Assembly: GCA_019308685.1 (NCBI GenBank)
Contig: JAFDHQ010000003.1
Span: 1 to 50,118, forward strand
Origin: Deltaproteobacteria bacterium
GTDB taxonomy: Bacteria; Desulfobacterota; Desulfobacteria; Desulfobacterales; UBA11574
Direction: 5' to 3'
DNA: 50,118 nucleotides
Under the pieces are notes generated by a model that saw only the letters and a list, made by a program, of their open reading frames with translations, was not told the origin of the DNA and searched no databases. The position numbers were made by a program, and so were the translations under genes. Numbering within the stretch: position 1 is the stretch's first letter; the number at the start of each line of letters is the position of its first letter. Of the stretch, positions 50,011 through 50,118 are shown in pieces.

Positions 50011-50118
50011 CTCTCTTGACACCCGCCGGTCGGCAAAACAGCATAGAAGTAAAATAAAGCGGATGAGACGAGGGATTTCAATTTCCGAGGATTAACACCG
50101 GAAGTTGGGTCCGTTTCT

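Overview
Bacterial DNA, most likely from a sulfate-reducing Desulfobacterota/Desulfobacterales organism. This is inferred from the TmcABCD cluster, many Hdr/MvhD paralogues and selenocysteine use. Bases 1-38 kb form a dense redox and signalling island. It holds four HdrA-family flavoproteins, three MvhD, two HdrBC pairs, an FdhB/FrhB-like Fe-S protein, a divergent MetF-like protein, tmcDCBA, two soluble multi-PAS histidine kinases, two sigma54 response regulators, an archaemetzincin and a GcvH-like protein lacking the lipoyl Lys. Of the HdrA proteins, two carry an inserted GltD/NfnB-like NAD(P)H module, one is a plain tandem HdrA, and one carries an inserted, intact response-regulator receiver domain. 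The standout is this HdrA::receiver fusion (24988-28428). Its receiver is about 76% identical (hand count 93/123) to one inserted between two USP domains three genes downstream, next to a histidine kinase and tmc. This suggests direct phospho-control of an Hdr electron-transfer complex. Three in-frame TGA codons at Cys positions, each followed by a SECIS-like hairpin, split genes in the ORF track (hdrA-like and two mvhD). Bases 38-46 kb hold housekeeping and stress genes (LysM, two XRE, recQ, RelA/SpoT-domain, dksA, csp). Bases 46-50 kb are a graveyard of fragments (primase, HU, frameshifted groEL, PilZ, IS3). Intergenic space has at least nine copies of an ERIC-like structured repeat with co-varying arms, plus other repeat families. 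I saw no rRNA, tRNA or CRISPR. No database searches were run.
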